64,000 bases of DNA, from positions 71,687 through 135,686 of the forward strand of contig CAZREA010000001.1 of NCBI GenBank assembly GCA_964599455.1. Reading direction: 5' to 3'. Numbering within the stretch: the stretch's first letter is position 1; the number at the start of each line of letters is the position of its first letter. Of this stretch, positions 43,018 to 51,201 are shown piece after piece. The notes under the pieces are model-generated. The model made no database searches and was not told where the DNA came from. It saw only the letters and a list, made by a program, of their open reading frames with translations. This stretch comes from an uncultured Gammaproteobacteria bacterium (GTDB lineage Bacteria > Patescibacteriota > Patescibacteriia > UBA9934). The translations under genes were made by a program, and so were the position numbers.

Positions 43018-43558
43018 AATCTTCATTGTTTGTTTTGAAACCAATTGGTCGCCTTTTTGGTTCTTCATCTTCTTCGAGCAATTTTCTAATCGCTTCAAAA
43101 ATTATTCGAAAATGCTGATCGTACTTATTTTCAAGCGCATCAATTCTTTTTCGTAAAGTGCTATTTTCTTTCAAAATTTCTCGAAGTTTTATGAACGTTC
43201 TAATAATTTGAATGTTCACCGCGATCGCACGCTTACTATTAAGAACACTTGAGAGCATTGCGATGCCCTGTTCTGTAAAGGCATAAGGAGCATAACGGAT
43301 ACCCTGGCGTTCATTTTTGGAGATCACAAATTGTGATCTCCAATTTACCACTTCATCTTTGGTAAGTTTAAACATGAAGTCATCAGGAAAACGTTCATTA
43401 TTTCTTTTAACTGCCTGATTAAGCGTTCTCGTGTCTACTCCGTACAATACTGCAAGATCTCTATCAAACATGATTTTCTTTCCACGCAAAAGATAGATGC
43501 TCTTCTCAATTCGTTCAAAAGGCACGATGTCTTTTATTTTCTTCACCTTCTTTTTCAT
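43016..43558 (-). CDS. ORF6N-domain DNA-binding protein (KilA-N-like)
   Basis: IY.LRG.K.M.DRDLA.LYGV.T..LNQAVKRN.ERFP.DFMF.L, PYAFTEQG.AMLSSVL.S, RPIGF. Confidence 0.93.
   Translation of the reverse strand: MKKKVKKIKDIVPFERIEKSIYLLRGKKIMFDRDLAVLYGVDTRTLNQAVKRNNERFPDDFMFKLTKDEVVNWRSQFVISKNERQGIRYAPYAFTEQGIAMLSSVLNSKRAIAVNIQIIRTFIKLREILKENSTLRKRIDALENKYDQHFRIIFEAIRKLLEEDEEPKRRPIGFKTNNED
43317..43343. repeat. Perfect palindrome inside the ORF6N gene (encodes WRSQFVIS)
   Basis: TTGGAGATCACAA-A-TTGTGATCTCCAA. Confidence 0.9.
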
Positions 43559-43578
43559 ACGCATCAAGTATATATTGA

Positions 43579-43615
43579 AAAATCTGGAGGTCACAATTTG
43601 TGACCTCCAGATTTT
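43579..43615. repeat. Perfect palindrome upstream of the ORF6N gene (operator and/or terminator)
   Basis: AAAATCTGGAGGTCACAA-T-TTGTGACCTCCAGATTTT. Confidence 0.9.
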
Positions 43616-44063
43616 ACCGCGGTTGATAGATGATACCTGTTTTATAATTCCTTATCACCATCTGATTTCCCTCAAGCATGTTGTTCGGAAGGTCATCAAT
43701 GGGAAACCACCTCCATTCTTCACATTTTTCTGGTTCCATAACCTGAGGATCGCCTCCCATGTATTCCGCTAATATACCAATATTGAGATAATGTTTGTTA
43801 TCGGTTTTAATGTAACGCATTTCATCTGCGACTGAAATCAATTGTAATTTTTCCACATTTAAACCGGTTTCTTCTCTTACCTCCCGCTTTGCTGTTTCAA
43901 AGATCGTCTCCCCGAATTCAAGATGGCCTCCAGGAAAACTCCATTCGCCCTCTCCGTGCGATCCTTTTCGTAATCCAAGTAAAATATGTCCATCAACATT
44001 CTTAATAAGAACACCGATGCCAACACGTGGTCGAGGTACGATACCTTGTGCATTCATTTCCAT
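43614..44063 (-). CDS. NUDIX hydrolase (NUDT15/MutT-like)
   Basis: PRVGIGV, RKGSHG.G.W..PGGHLEFGE....AKREVREETGL, EPEKCE.W.W. Confidence 0.93.
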   Translation of the reverse strand: MEMNAQGIVPRPRVGIGVLIKNVDGHILLGLRKGSHGEGEWSFPGGHLEFGETIFETAKREVREETGLNVEKLQLISVADEMRYIKTDNKHYLNIGILAEYMGGDPQVMEPEKCEEWRWFPIDDLPNNMLEGNQMVIRNYKTGIIYQPR

Positions 44064-44099
44064 ATAATGATTTCTGAATAAAAAGTAGAATTCAAAAAC

Positions 44100-44774
44100 T
44101 TATTTTGATGCAATGATAAGAACAAATTCTCCTTTCGTACTCGTTGCTTGTAATTGTTCTAAGATATCTTCTGCCTTTCCGCGATAGATCGTTTCATGCA
44201 TTTTCGTCAGTTCACGACAAACAACAAGTTCGCGATCGTGCACTTTTAGTGCTTCAAGCGTTTTCTCGATACGATGCGTTGATTCGTACAGTACAATGAC
44301 ATGTTCGATAGCATCAATTTCGCGAAAAAATGTTTCTCGTCCCTTTTTATGCGGTGGGAAACCTAAAAAGGTAAATCGTTGCGTAGGAAAGCCGCAAATG
44401 GAAAGTGCGGCAGTGACCGCAGATGCCCCAGGAATAGGCACAACCTGAATTCCCTCTTTCACTGCGTCGGCTACAAGCACGCCACCAGGATCAGAGATAC
44501 CTGGCGTGCCCGCATCCGTCACAAGTGCCATAGAAATACCAGAAAGAAGATCAGTGATAATCTTCTTTCTTTTAAAGGTATCGGTATGTTCATGAAACGT
44601 GTGCAGCGTGGGTTCAATACCAAGCTTGGCACACAATTTTGCAGTCACACGCGTATCTTCACACAAGACTACATTCACCTGCGACAATACGTACCGCGCA
44701 CGATCGGTGATATCACCCACATTTCCCAGAGGCGTTGCGACAATGAATAACGTTCCTCCGATATCAGCAGACAT
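44100..44774 (-). CDS. rsmI: 16S rRNA C1402 2'-O-methyltransferase
   Basis: VATPLGN..DIT.RA, CEDTR, DAGTPGISDPG, RELTK.HE, KGEFV. Confidence 0.96.
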   Translation of the reverse strand: MSADIGGTLFIVATPLGNVGDITDRARYVLSQVNVVLCEDTRVTAKLCAKLGIEPTLHTFHEHTDTFKRKKIITDLLSGISMALVTDAGTPGISDPGGVLVADAVKEGIQVVPIPGASAVTAALSICGFPTQRFTFLGFPPHKKGRETFFREIDAIEHVIVLYESTHRIEKTLEALKVHDRELVVCRELTKMHETIYRGKAEDILEQLQATSTKGEFVLIIASK

Positions 44775-44776
44775 AC

Positions 44777-46066
44777 TTATTCGATAACGACCGGTTTGTC
44801 TTCGGAATTGGTGAGGTCCATAGCGTCACTGGTTACATCATCAGTTGTTGCGCTATCATCCTCAGTTTTTGGTTGGAGTATTTCTTCACCAGAAATGGGG
44901 ATATTGGGATAAAGTGCAAAAGCAGTAAAGGCAAACATGCGTACATGCGGCACTTGTTTTAATTGCGTGCCGCGCAACTCGCCAGAAATTGCTTCACCCT
45001 TTTCATTCCACACCGAACCGGTTTCATTATCGATAATGTCGCCATCTTTGCGCGTAAAGGTCAGTATTTGTCCGTTGACGGTGCGCTCAAACACGCGCAA
45101 CGCATATCCTTTTAGTTGTGATTTCACCGAAACCAAGGCAACGATTGGCAAATCACCGAGTTTCTGATTCGGAATCTCTTGAAAAACGAGATATTTATCC
45201 GCAAAGGCAACGCGATTATTTCCACTTTCAACCACATACACCGTTTCTTTTGCAGCAAGACGACTCTCGGTGTGATTCATGGGGAAAAAGACGCCGGGTG
45301 AGGTGTCGTAGTTGCCGTACGGATGGCGCGTATAGTCACGAACAACACCCGTGTCACGCGATAAAACCGTGCCACTGGGATACTGCTCTTTCCAATCGCT
45401 CCATTTCATGAATACAAAAGGATATGGCTTAAGGGCCATGCGAAAATCACCATACAGTTTTCCAACCACAACACGATTATCAAGACCAGACCATACAGTA
45501 TCTGTTTTTTCTTCCGTCAATAACATGTCATTATTGTAGACCTTTCCCGATGCATGAAAAACAGGAGTTTCACCCGCGATAACAGGTAAGCCATCAATAG
45601 CATCAAAACCACCAAAAAAATCTCGTTCATACACCGCTGCACCACCAGACAGTGGCGAGTAGTACACAAGCAGTTTTTTATCAGCAAAGGTATCGTTAAC
45701 GATTTCATGCCAATTCATGATTTGCACCGGATAAAAACGATGCTGTCCGTTCACCGCAACGTCGATACCGGGAAGATCATCGGCAATATATTCATCTGCC
45801 GCAGCAATCGAAACAAAAGTAGGATCGTTTAATGCGGGAATATTTTCAGCTGCAACGCCAGTATCATAGAGCTCATCGGGAGGTATTGCATAATATGCAT
45901 CTTGATACGGCACCAAGGCATTTTGCTGATAAAATCCTCCATCAAGTTGTGCAAAACGTCCTTTGTTAAAAACATGTTGGAGATACCCGTCATGGATGAC
46001 ATATCCCAGTACACCAACAATGACCGCAACACCGAAAAGAATCAAAGGGAGATATTTCTTTTGCAT
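44777..46066 (-). CDS. DUF3179-family membrane-anchored protein
   Basis: IPAL.DP.F, YP.QIM.WHEIVND, SGKVYN.D.L, W..WK..YP...VLS..TG..RDY...PYG.Y, D.ETGS.W. Confidence 0.85.
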   Translation of the reverse strand: MQKKYLPLILFGVAVIVGVLGYVIHDGYLQHVFNKGRFAQLDGGFYQQNALVPYQDAYYAIPPDELYDTGVAAENIPALNDPTFVSIAAADEYIADDLPGIDVAVNGQHRFYPVQIMNWHEIVNDTFADKKLLVYYSPLSGGAAVYERDFFGGFDAIDGLPVIAGETPVFHASGKVYNNDMLLTEEKTDTVWSGLDNRVVVGKLYGDFRMALKPYPFVFMKWSDWKEQYPSGTVLSRDTGVVRDYTRHPYGNYDTSPGVFFPMNHTESRLAAKETVYVVESGNNRVAFADKYLVFQEIPNQKLGDLPIVALVSVKSQLKGYALRVFERTVNGQILTFTRKDGDIIDNETGSVWNEKGEAISGELRGTQLKQVPHVRMFAFTAFALYPNIPISGEEILQPKTEDDSATTDDVTSDAMDLTNSEDKPVVIE

Positions 46067-46085
46067 ATATTATCTAAGAGAAAAC

Positions 46086-46610
46086 TTAGGCCTTCCCTAG
46101 CGTCGCCTCACCCGGCTCCCATTCAATAGGACACAGTTCACCCGACTGCAACGCCTGCACCACGCGCAACACTTCTTTCACCGATCGACCAACAGAACCC
46201 GCGGAAACAACGGCATACTGCACAATACCCTCAGGATCAATCACAAACAGTCCTCGCTGTGCTGAGCCACTCTCTTCATCTAAAATGCCATAATCACGCG
46301 AAACACGCTGCGTGGTGTCGGCGAGAATGGGATATGTTACTTCGGGAAGATCTTTTTCGAACCAGGCTTTGTGGCTCCATTCAGAATCGGTGGAAGCGGA
46401 AAGAATTTTCGTATTCAACTTTACGAACTCTGCTTCATGTTTGGCAAAGCCACGAATTTCGGTTGGACAGATGAAGGTAAAGTCACGGGGATAAAAGAAC
46501 AGTGCAAGCCATGAACCGTGATAATCGGAAAGATTGACCTTGGTAAATTCACCCGCTTTGTAAGCGGTTACATTTGAAAATTCAGGAGCGGGTTTGCCAA
46601 TAGAGATCAT
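46086..46610 (-). CDS. ahpC: 2-Cys peroxiredoxin (AhpC/Prx1)
   Basis: FFYPRDFTFICPTE, GRS..E.LR, LCP..W.PG. Confidence 0.95.
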   Translation of the reverse strand: MISIGKPAPEFSNVTAYKAGEFTKVNLSDYHGSWLALFFYPRDFTFICPTEIRGFAKHEAEFVKLNTKILSASTDSEWSHKAWFEKDLPEVTYPILADTTQRVSRDYGILDEESGSAQRGLFVIDPEGIVQYAVVSAGSVGRSVKEVLRVVQALQSGELCPIEWEPGEATLGKA

Positions 46611-46657
46611 AAGAAAAGGTTCAAGAGTATAGAGAGAATGATAGCGCAAAAAATGCG

Positions 46658-46749
46658 AGAAGGCCAGTAGGCCAGCCCTCGGCCGTAGCCTACGGGCGAG
46701 GCCTTCAGAATTTTCTGAATATCTGGCCTACCGGCCTTCTGGCCCACTT
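46658..46749 (-). repeat. GGCC-rich structured dispersed repeat, copy 1 (3' of pepA)
   Basis: Reverse complement begins AAGTGGGCCAGAAGGCCGGTAGGCCAGATATTCAGAAA and ends TACTGGCCTTCT, matching 49707-49784. Confidence 0.85.
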
Positions 46750-46752
46750 TAT

Positions 46753-48249
46753 TTATCTCGCCATTCCTTCAATCCATTTCCACAATGTGCGTACGCCATA
46801 CCCCGTTGCACCTTTTTGCAAACACGCACCCATGGGCTTTTCGGCAAATGCGGGACCTGCAATATCAAGATGTGCCCAAGCGGTTCCTTCGGGAATAAAT
46901 TCCTGTAAAAAGAGACCTGCAGTTAATGATCCACCGTATTTTGAAAGTGCAATATTACGCAAATCAGCCACATCACTTACCACTAATTCTCGATACCGTT
47001 TTTCGAGTGGCAATTCCCAAATCTTCTCTCCTCCTTCTTTTGCTGCCGTTACAAGTTGTTTTGCTAAGCTTCGATCATTCGTCATTAAACCGGCAATCTC
47101 TTCACCTAATGCAACCATGCACGCACCGGTCAGCGTTGCCAAATCAACCATGGCATCAGGTTTATCTTTTAAGGCATAGGTCATGGCGTCAGCAAGGGTG
47201 AGGCGACCCTCGGCATCGGTATTGAGAATTTCGATGGTTTTACCGGACATCGAACGCACAATATCGCCCGGACGAATCGCTTTACTTGAAGGCATGTTTT
47301 CGGTAGCAGCAATGTAGCCATGCACGTTCAGGCGCGGACGCAATCGTGCCAAAATAGCGAACACACCGATAACCGCGGCAGCACCCGCCATATCACACTT
47401 CATGCTCATCATGGCCTCGGCGGGCTTGAGCGACAATCCACCCGAATCAAAGGTGACACCCTTGCCCACGACCGCAACCGTTTTTTTGCTTGCGCGAGGA
47501 GATGTGTAGGTAAGATGAATAAATTTCGGTTCACGATCAGCACCTTGGGCAACGGCCAAAAATGCACCCATACCTAATTTTTCACATTCAGCTCTTCCCA
47601 ACACTTTTACTTTCACCGTGCCACCCGATTCCTTTGCAACTTCTTGAGCGGCTTGTGCCAAACGTTCCGGCGTCATGTCATGCGCAGGAATGTTCACGAG
47701 ATCACGCGTGATGTTTACGCCAGCCATGATCATGTGCACGCGTTCAACGGCCTTGCGCATCGCTAAAACCATTTTACTGTCGGCAATTAACAAGTCGATC
47801 TCAGCAATTTTGCGATTGCCATTTTCTTTTTTGTAGGCATCGAAATGATAATTTGCAAGCAATGCCCCACTGGCAAATGCCTCGACAGCTTCGACGTGAA
47901 ATTCTCGTGCAGAAAAATCAACCGCCAACGTACGCAATGCCGATTTCTTTGCCGTTTGTACCGCGAGTCCCGCTGCTTCACGCACCACATCCAAAAATGC
48001 TTCGTGTTTTTTATCGCCCACACCAACAAGTAACAACATATCCGCACCATGTCCTGGCGAGATAGGTAAAAGCAGCGATTGTCCTGCGCGACCAATGAAT
48101 TCTTGCGCTTTGGCCAAACGCTCGGCACGCATCACCATATCATTGCCAAAACTGGCCAATGCCGAAAAGCCTTTCTCCAAAAAACACGGAACGACGAGCA
48201 ATTCTGCACCCGCTTGCGTCAATCGCCCCCGGGAAATGGTGATATTCAT
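46753..48249 (-). CDS. pepA: Leucyl aminopeptidase (M17)
   Basis: VGKGVTFDSGG, MKCDM.GAA, NTDAEGRL, ATLTGA, HLDIAG. Confidence 0.97.
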   Translation of the reverse strand: MNITISRGRLTQAGAELLVVPCFLEKGFSALASFGNDMVMRAERLAKAQEFIGRAGQSLLLPISPGHGADMLLLVGVGDKKHEAFLDVVREAAGLAVQTAKKSALRTLAVDFSAREFHVEAVEAFASGALLANYHFDAYKKENGNRKIAEIDLLIADSKMVLAMRKAVERVHMIMAGVNITRDLVNIPAHDMTPERLAQAAQEVAKESGGTVKVKVLGRAECEKLGMGAFLAVAQGADREPKFIHLTYTSPRASKKTVAVVGKGVTFDSGGLSLKPAEAMMSMKCDMAGAAAVIGVFAILARLRPRLNVHGYIAATENMPSSKAIRPGDIVRSMSGKTIEILNTDAEGRLTLADAMTYALKDKPDAMVDLATLTGACMVALGEEIAGLMTNDRSLAKQLVTAAKEGGEKIWELPLEKRYRELVVSDVADLRNIALSKYGGSLTAGLFLQEFIPEGTAWAHLDIAGPAFAEKPMGACLQKGATGYGVRTLWKWIEGMAR

Positions 48250-48298
48250 ATAGAGATGTTTTGCAGCAGAATGCATGTTTGGTCAAGAGGAATGCGGG

Positions 48299-48331
48299 AA
48301 AAAGCGAAGCCGCCGAGTTACGCTCGGCGGC
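48299..48331 (-). terminator. Intrinsic terminator for the acidic-protein cluster
   Basis: GCCGCCGAG-TTACG-CTCGGCGGC stem, with TTCGCTTTTT following on the minus strand. Confidence 0.65.
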
Positions 48332-48344
48332 CACGATGACACTA

Positions 48345-48659
48345 TCAGTTCCACATGATCTCCAGTGAGGCCGTTTCCGCATCTTCATCTGTCACTTCAT
48401 TCAAAAATGCAACTGCACGGTCCATCAACTCATCATACAGCGCCTCACTCTCACAGTCTGCAAAATACGGAAAAACCTCTTCATCGACGATCTGTAGAAG
48501 GATGAGCTCGTATGAACCATCCTCATCCTGACTAGTAGAAATGAACACCACGTAATACTCATCATCCTCCTGTAACAATAGACCGGGATAACGTTGATAG
48601 ATCTTCTCGTCCAAAACCACCGTATCTCGATCGATGACGGTCGCTTCCCTCTCTTCCAT
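48345..48659 (-). CDS. Small acidic protein, DUF1292-like
   Basis: GGAGGG RBS. DDEYYVVF..DEDG.YELILLQIVDE..E..YDELMD pattern. Confidence 0.65.
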   Translation of the reverse strand: MEEREATVIDRDTVVLDEKIYQRYPGLLLQEDDEYYVVFISTSQDEDGSYELILLQIVDEEVFPYFADCESEALYDELMDRAVAFLNEVTDEDAETASLEIMWN

Positions 48660-48786
48660 ATTCCCTCCGAACGGTGCCGACGAAGTTCATCGTAATTCTT
48701 CTAAAAAGGCAATTGTAAAATAACGAGGCCGTCGGAGATCGCCCCGACGACCCACGACACGAGCAACGTTTCTTATTGATACTCAT

Positions 48787-49014
48787 TCACGCCACCCCTC
48801 GACGATCCTCTTGCATGAGAGCAAAAGCGATAAGCGAGAGCTGCGCATCGATCTCTCTGGGTAGTTCTTCGTCAACGAGATCTCCCTCGTCGTTGATTCG
48901 CCGTATCTGGAAATCATCCTCACGAAAGAAAACGGCGTACTCTTTGTCTTCATACTCCAGATCGACCACCCAGCTATACCACGTATCACCTACTTGCAGT
49001 TCTTTTCTCATCAC
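48787..49014 (-). CDS. Small acidic protein, DUF1292-like
   Basis: GGAGG RBS. DLEYEDKEYAVF..IRRINDEGDLVD. Confidence 0.6.
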   Translation of the reverse strand: MMRKELQVGDTWYSWVVDLEYEDKEYAVFFREDDFQIRRINDEGDLVDEELPREIDAQLSLIAFALMQEDRRGVA

Positions 49015-49044
49015 CCCTCCTTGTCTTGCGATGAGGAATCGGGA

Positions 49045-49341
49045 TCAGGAACCGAAGAACTCTTCCATGAGTTCCGACGGCTCACCTTCTCGTTCAAGAA
49101 CAAACGCTGCAAAGTCGAGGATCGAGGCGATCAGCATATCTTCAGCGTCATCACCTGTGCCAAAGTCATGGTCAAAGGTGCAAGTATTCTCATCCAGCAG
49201 CTTCAGCACCATGACGTCCACTTCTTCGTCGCCAATGGTACGCATCACCACGAGATGATGACCCTCGCGATGCAGTTCGAACCACCACTCGAACACCAGA
49301 CCCTCTTTTGGATTTGTTAGTACAAAACCTTGAAGACTCAT
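49045..49341 (-). CDS. Small acidic protein, possibly DUF1292-like
   Basis: GGAGG RBS. FE..FELHREGHHLVVM...DEEVDVMVLKL. Confidence 0.55.
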   Translation of the reverse strand: MSLQGFVLTNPKEGLVFEWWFELHREGHHLVVMRTIGDEEVDVMVLKLLDENTCTFDHDFGTGDDAEDMLIASILDFAAFVLEREGEPSELMEEFFGS

Positions 49342-49441
49342 GTCATCCTCCGTAGTGAAAGATTTTCGTCACCTTCTTTACGCTAAAGACTAACTCCCTC
49401 TTCGTCAAGACTTTCGGAAAATATTCACTTTTGGCCAATAT

Positions 49442-49470
49442 TTGACCATTTTATCTGCATCGGGCATAAT
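49442..49470 (+). promoter_or_regulatory. Sigma70-type promoter for the small basic ORF
   Basis: TTGACC-17 nt-CATAAT. Confidence 0.55.
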
Positions 49471-49560
49471 AATTGTACCTTTTATCCGAATACAACACGC
49501 ATATTTGTATTTTTTGGATAATCCCCTCAATCCCTTTACTCCCTTCTCTCCTCTTTACCT

Positions 49561-49698
49561 ATGCCCTCACGTCATCATCTTTCTCGCAAAGGACAAAACG
49601 CTCGTTTCGCTGTGAAGCGTGAAGACGGCTTTGCCAAGCGTCGCAAGGCCAAGGCTATCCGCATGCGCAAATTGGAAGCGAAGATTGCTGCGAAGTAA
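49561..49698 (+). CDS. 45-aa highly basic protein (below the ORF-track cutoff)
   Basis: MPSRHHLSRKGQNARFAVKREDGFAKRRKAKAIRMRKLEAKIAAK*. Has its own promoter, a pyrimidine-rich leader, biased codons (CGT/CGC, AAG, GCT) and a downstream structured repeat. Confidence 0.75.
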   Translation: MPSRHHLSRKGQNARFAVKREDGFAKRRKAKAIRMRKLEAKIAAK

Positions 49699-49706
49699 AC
49701 ATATTT

Positions 49707-49784
49707 AAGTGGGCCAGTAGGCCGGTGGGCCAGATATTCAGAAATTTCTCTGAAGGCTGGCACAACTAGCCTTACTGGCCTTCT
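49707..49784 (+). repeat. GGCC-rich structured dispersed repeat, copy 2
   Basis: AAGTGGGCCAGTAGGCCGGTGGGCCAGATATTCAGAAA...TACTGGCCTTCT. First 38 nt are 36/38 identical to the reverse complement of copy 1. Confidence 0.85.
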
Positions 49785-49802
49785 TTTTATCTCCCTTCCC
49801 GC

Positions 49803-49831
49803 TTGCGATGAGAAAAAGATTTTGGTATCAT
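49803..49831 (+). promoter_or_regulatory. Sigma70-type promoter of tRNA-Asn
   Basis: TTGCGA-17 nt-TATCAT with an extended TG, 20 nt before the tRNA. Confidence 0.55.
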
Positions 49832-49851
49832 GCTGACGGTTTGAAATATAT

Positions 49852-49926
49852 TCCGAGGTAGCTCAGCGGTAGAGCAGTTGGCTGTTAACCAATTGGTCCT
49901 GGGTTCAAATCCCAGCCTCGGAGCCA
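49852..49926 (+). tRNA. tRNA-Asn (GTT)
   Basis: Acceptor stem TCCGAGG/CCTCGGA, D arm GCTC..GAGC, anticodon loop CTGTTAA, T arm CTGGG-TTCAAAT-CCCAG, discriminator G and encoded CCA. Confidence 0.98.
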
Positions 49927-49932
49927 GCAAGA

Positions 49933-49958
49933 GACATCAATATTTATTGGTGTTTTTT
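49933..49958 (+). terminator. Terminator after tRNA-Asn
   Basis: GACATCAAT-ATTT-ATTGGTGTT followed by TTTT. Confidence 0.6.
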
Positions 49959-50009
49959 GTTTGACCTAAGTGGGACGTTAGAACCCGAGCATGATAATAT
50001 ATACTCAAT

Positions 50010-50663
50010 ATGAGAAAAGAAGATCTACAAAAGCTAGGATCACCAGATAAGGAAAGTCGGATTGGCAACGATGTCACGGATCATGATTTTCAAGTACTTC
50101 TGAAAGAAATTGAGCAGGCGTGCGTCGTGTTTCCCAAGAAAACCCCAAAACCATTCATCCTCATTCCAACAGGATTGACCGCATCAGGTAAATCGACAAT
50201 CGTAAAACAAATTGCAGAACACTATTCATTGGTCATTATTCGGACCGATAGCATACGAAGTTACTTAGAAGGTAGAGGATTTAATTTGGTGAGAACGGTT
50301 GAATTTGCATATGATCTGGTAATGAACAGTTTAAAACGAGGATACGGTGTAGCGATTGATGCAGATGTAGTTCAGGAGAAGGATAGAGATGTTATGAGGA
50401 AAGTTGCGAGAGAATTTGGAATTCCTCTTATTTCTATCAAGGTTGTTACACCAGAAAATGTTATTTTATCTAGATTAGATGAAAAGAATTTAGATAGAGA
50501 CTATCGGGGTCGGGAAGCGATAAAACGGTATTTTGAACGAAAGCCTCTTCATAGTGATCACGATTTAGATCATGACTTTAAATTCAATGGAAACTCAGAC
50601 TTAGCACCACAGTTAATAATGGCCTTTGAGCGAATCAATGAGCGTCTCACTGAAGAGAGTTAG
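50010..50663 (+). CDS. P-loop kinase (AAA_33/nucleotide-kinase-like)
   Basis: GLTASGKST Walker A, IRTDSIR, VAIDAD, ILSRL..R lid. AT-rich. Confidence 0.85.
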   Translation: MRKEDLQKLGSPDKESRIGNDVTDHDFQVLLKEIEQACVVFPKKTPKPFILIPTGLTASGKSTIVKQIAEHYSLVIIRTDSIRSYLEGRGFNLVRTVEFAYDLVMNSLKRGYGVAIDADVVQEKDRDVMRKVAREFGIPLISIKVVTPENVILSRLDEKNLDRDYRGREAIKRYFERKPLHSDHDLDHDFKFNGNSDLAPQLIMAFERINERLTEES

Positions 50664-50675
50664 ATCTAAGGTTTG

Positions 50676-50716
50676 CCAGTTCACCGTTCTAAACCCGTCC
50701 ACTATTCGGAGCCACA
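50676..50716 (+). repeat. att-like junction 1 (41-bp repeat ending in the tRNA 3' core)
   Basis: CCAGTTCACCGTTCTAAACCCGTCCACTATTCGGAGCCACA, 35/41 identical to 55350-55390. Confidence 0.85.
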
Positions 50717-50719
50717 TGG

Positions 50720-50752
50720 AACTGACGTGTGAAAATGCGTCAGTTTTATGTT
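50720..50752 (+). terminator. Terminator-like hairpin after att junction 1, overprinted antisense on the recombinase gene
   Basis: AACTGACGTGT-GAAA-ATGCGTCAGTT followed by TTATGTT. Confidence 0.6.
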
Positions 50753-51201
50753 TGTCTTCGCCATTTTTCATCGGTTCTAACCTACGGTACTCGGCTTCTA
50801 ACGCTGGATACTCATTTACGATAGGAACAAGCCAAGGATGTGCCTCAATGCGGAGTTTTCCGTGCAAAATCGTCGGGTTCGAACCTAACGCCATCATGAT
50901 CTCTTTCTTGCGTTGCAGGTCGCCTTTGAGAAAGGCGCTGTGCGCATAGGTGGCAAAGTCGAACAGCTCCTCCGTAAGCTCAAGCCATCGGTCAGCACGG
51001 GTTTCTGTTTTATCAATCTCTTTGCGCAACTCTGCTTGTTCAGCTTTCAAACGGTCACGCTCTCGGATGTATTCGGCATCGTCAATCAAATCCCGTGCCC
51101 GCATGCGGGTGAGGTTATCGATCTGCGACTGGTTTTCAGCAATGGCCGCAAGTTGGGACTCGTACACTTTCGTGCGTTTGGTCACTTCGTTGTCATGGTC
51201 T

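Noticed and set aside
49575-49763. 62-aa minus-strand ORF in the track
   Set aside because: It is the antisense shadow of the better-supported 45-aa plus-strand ORF and starts inside the structured repeat.
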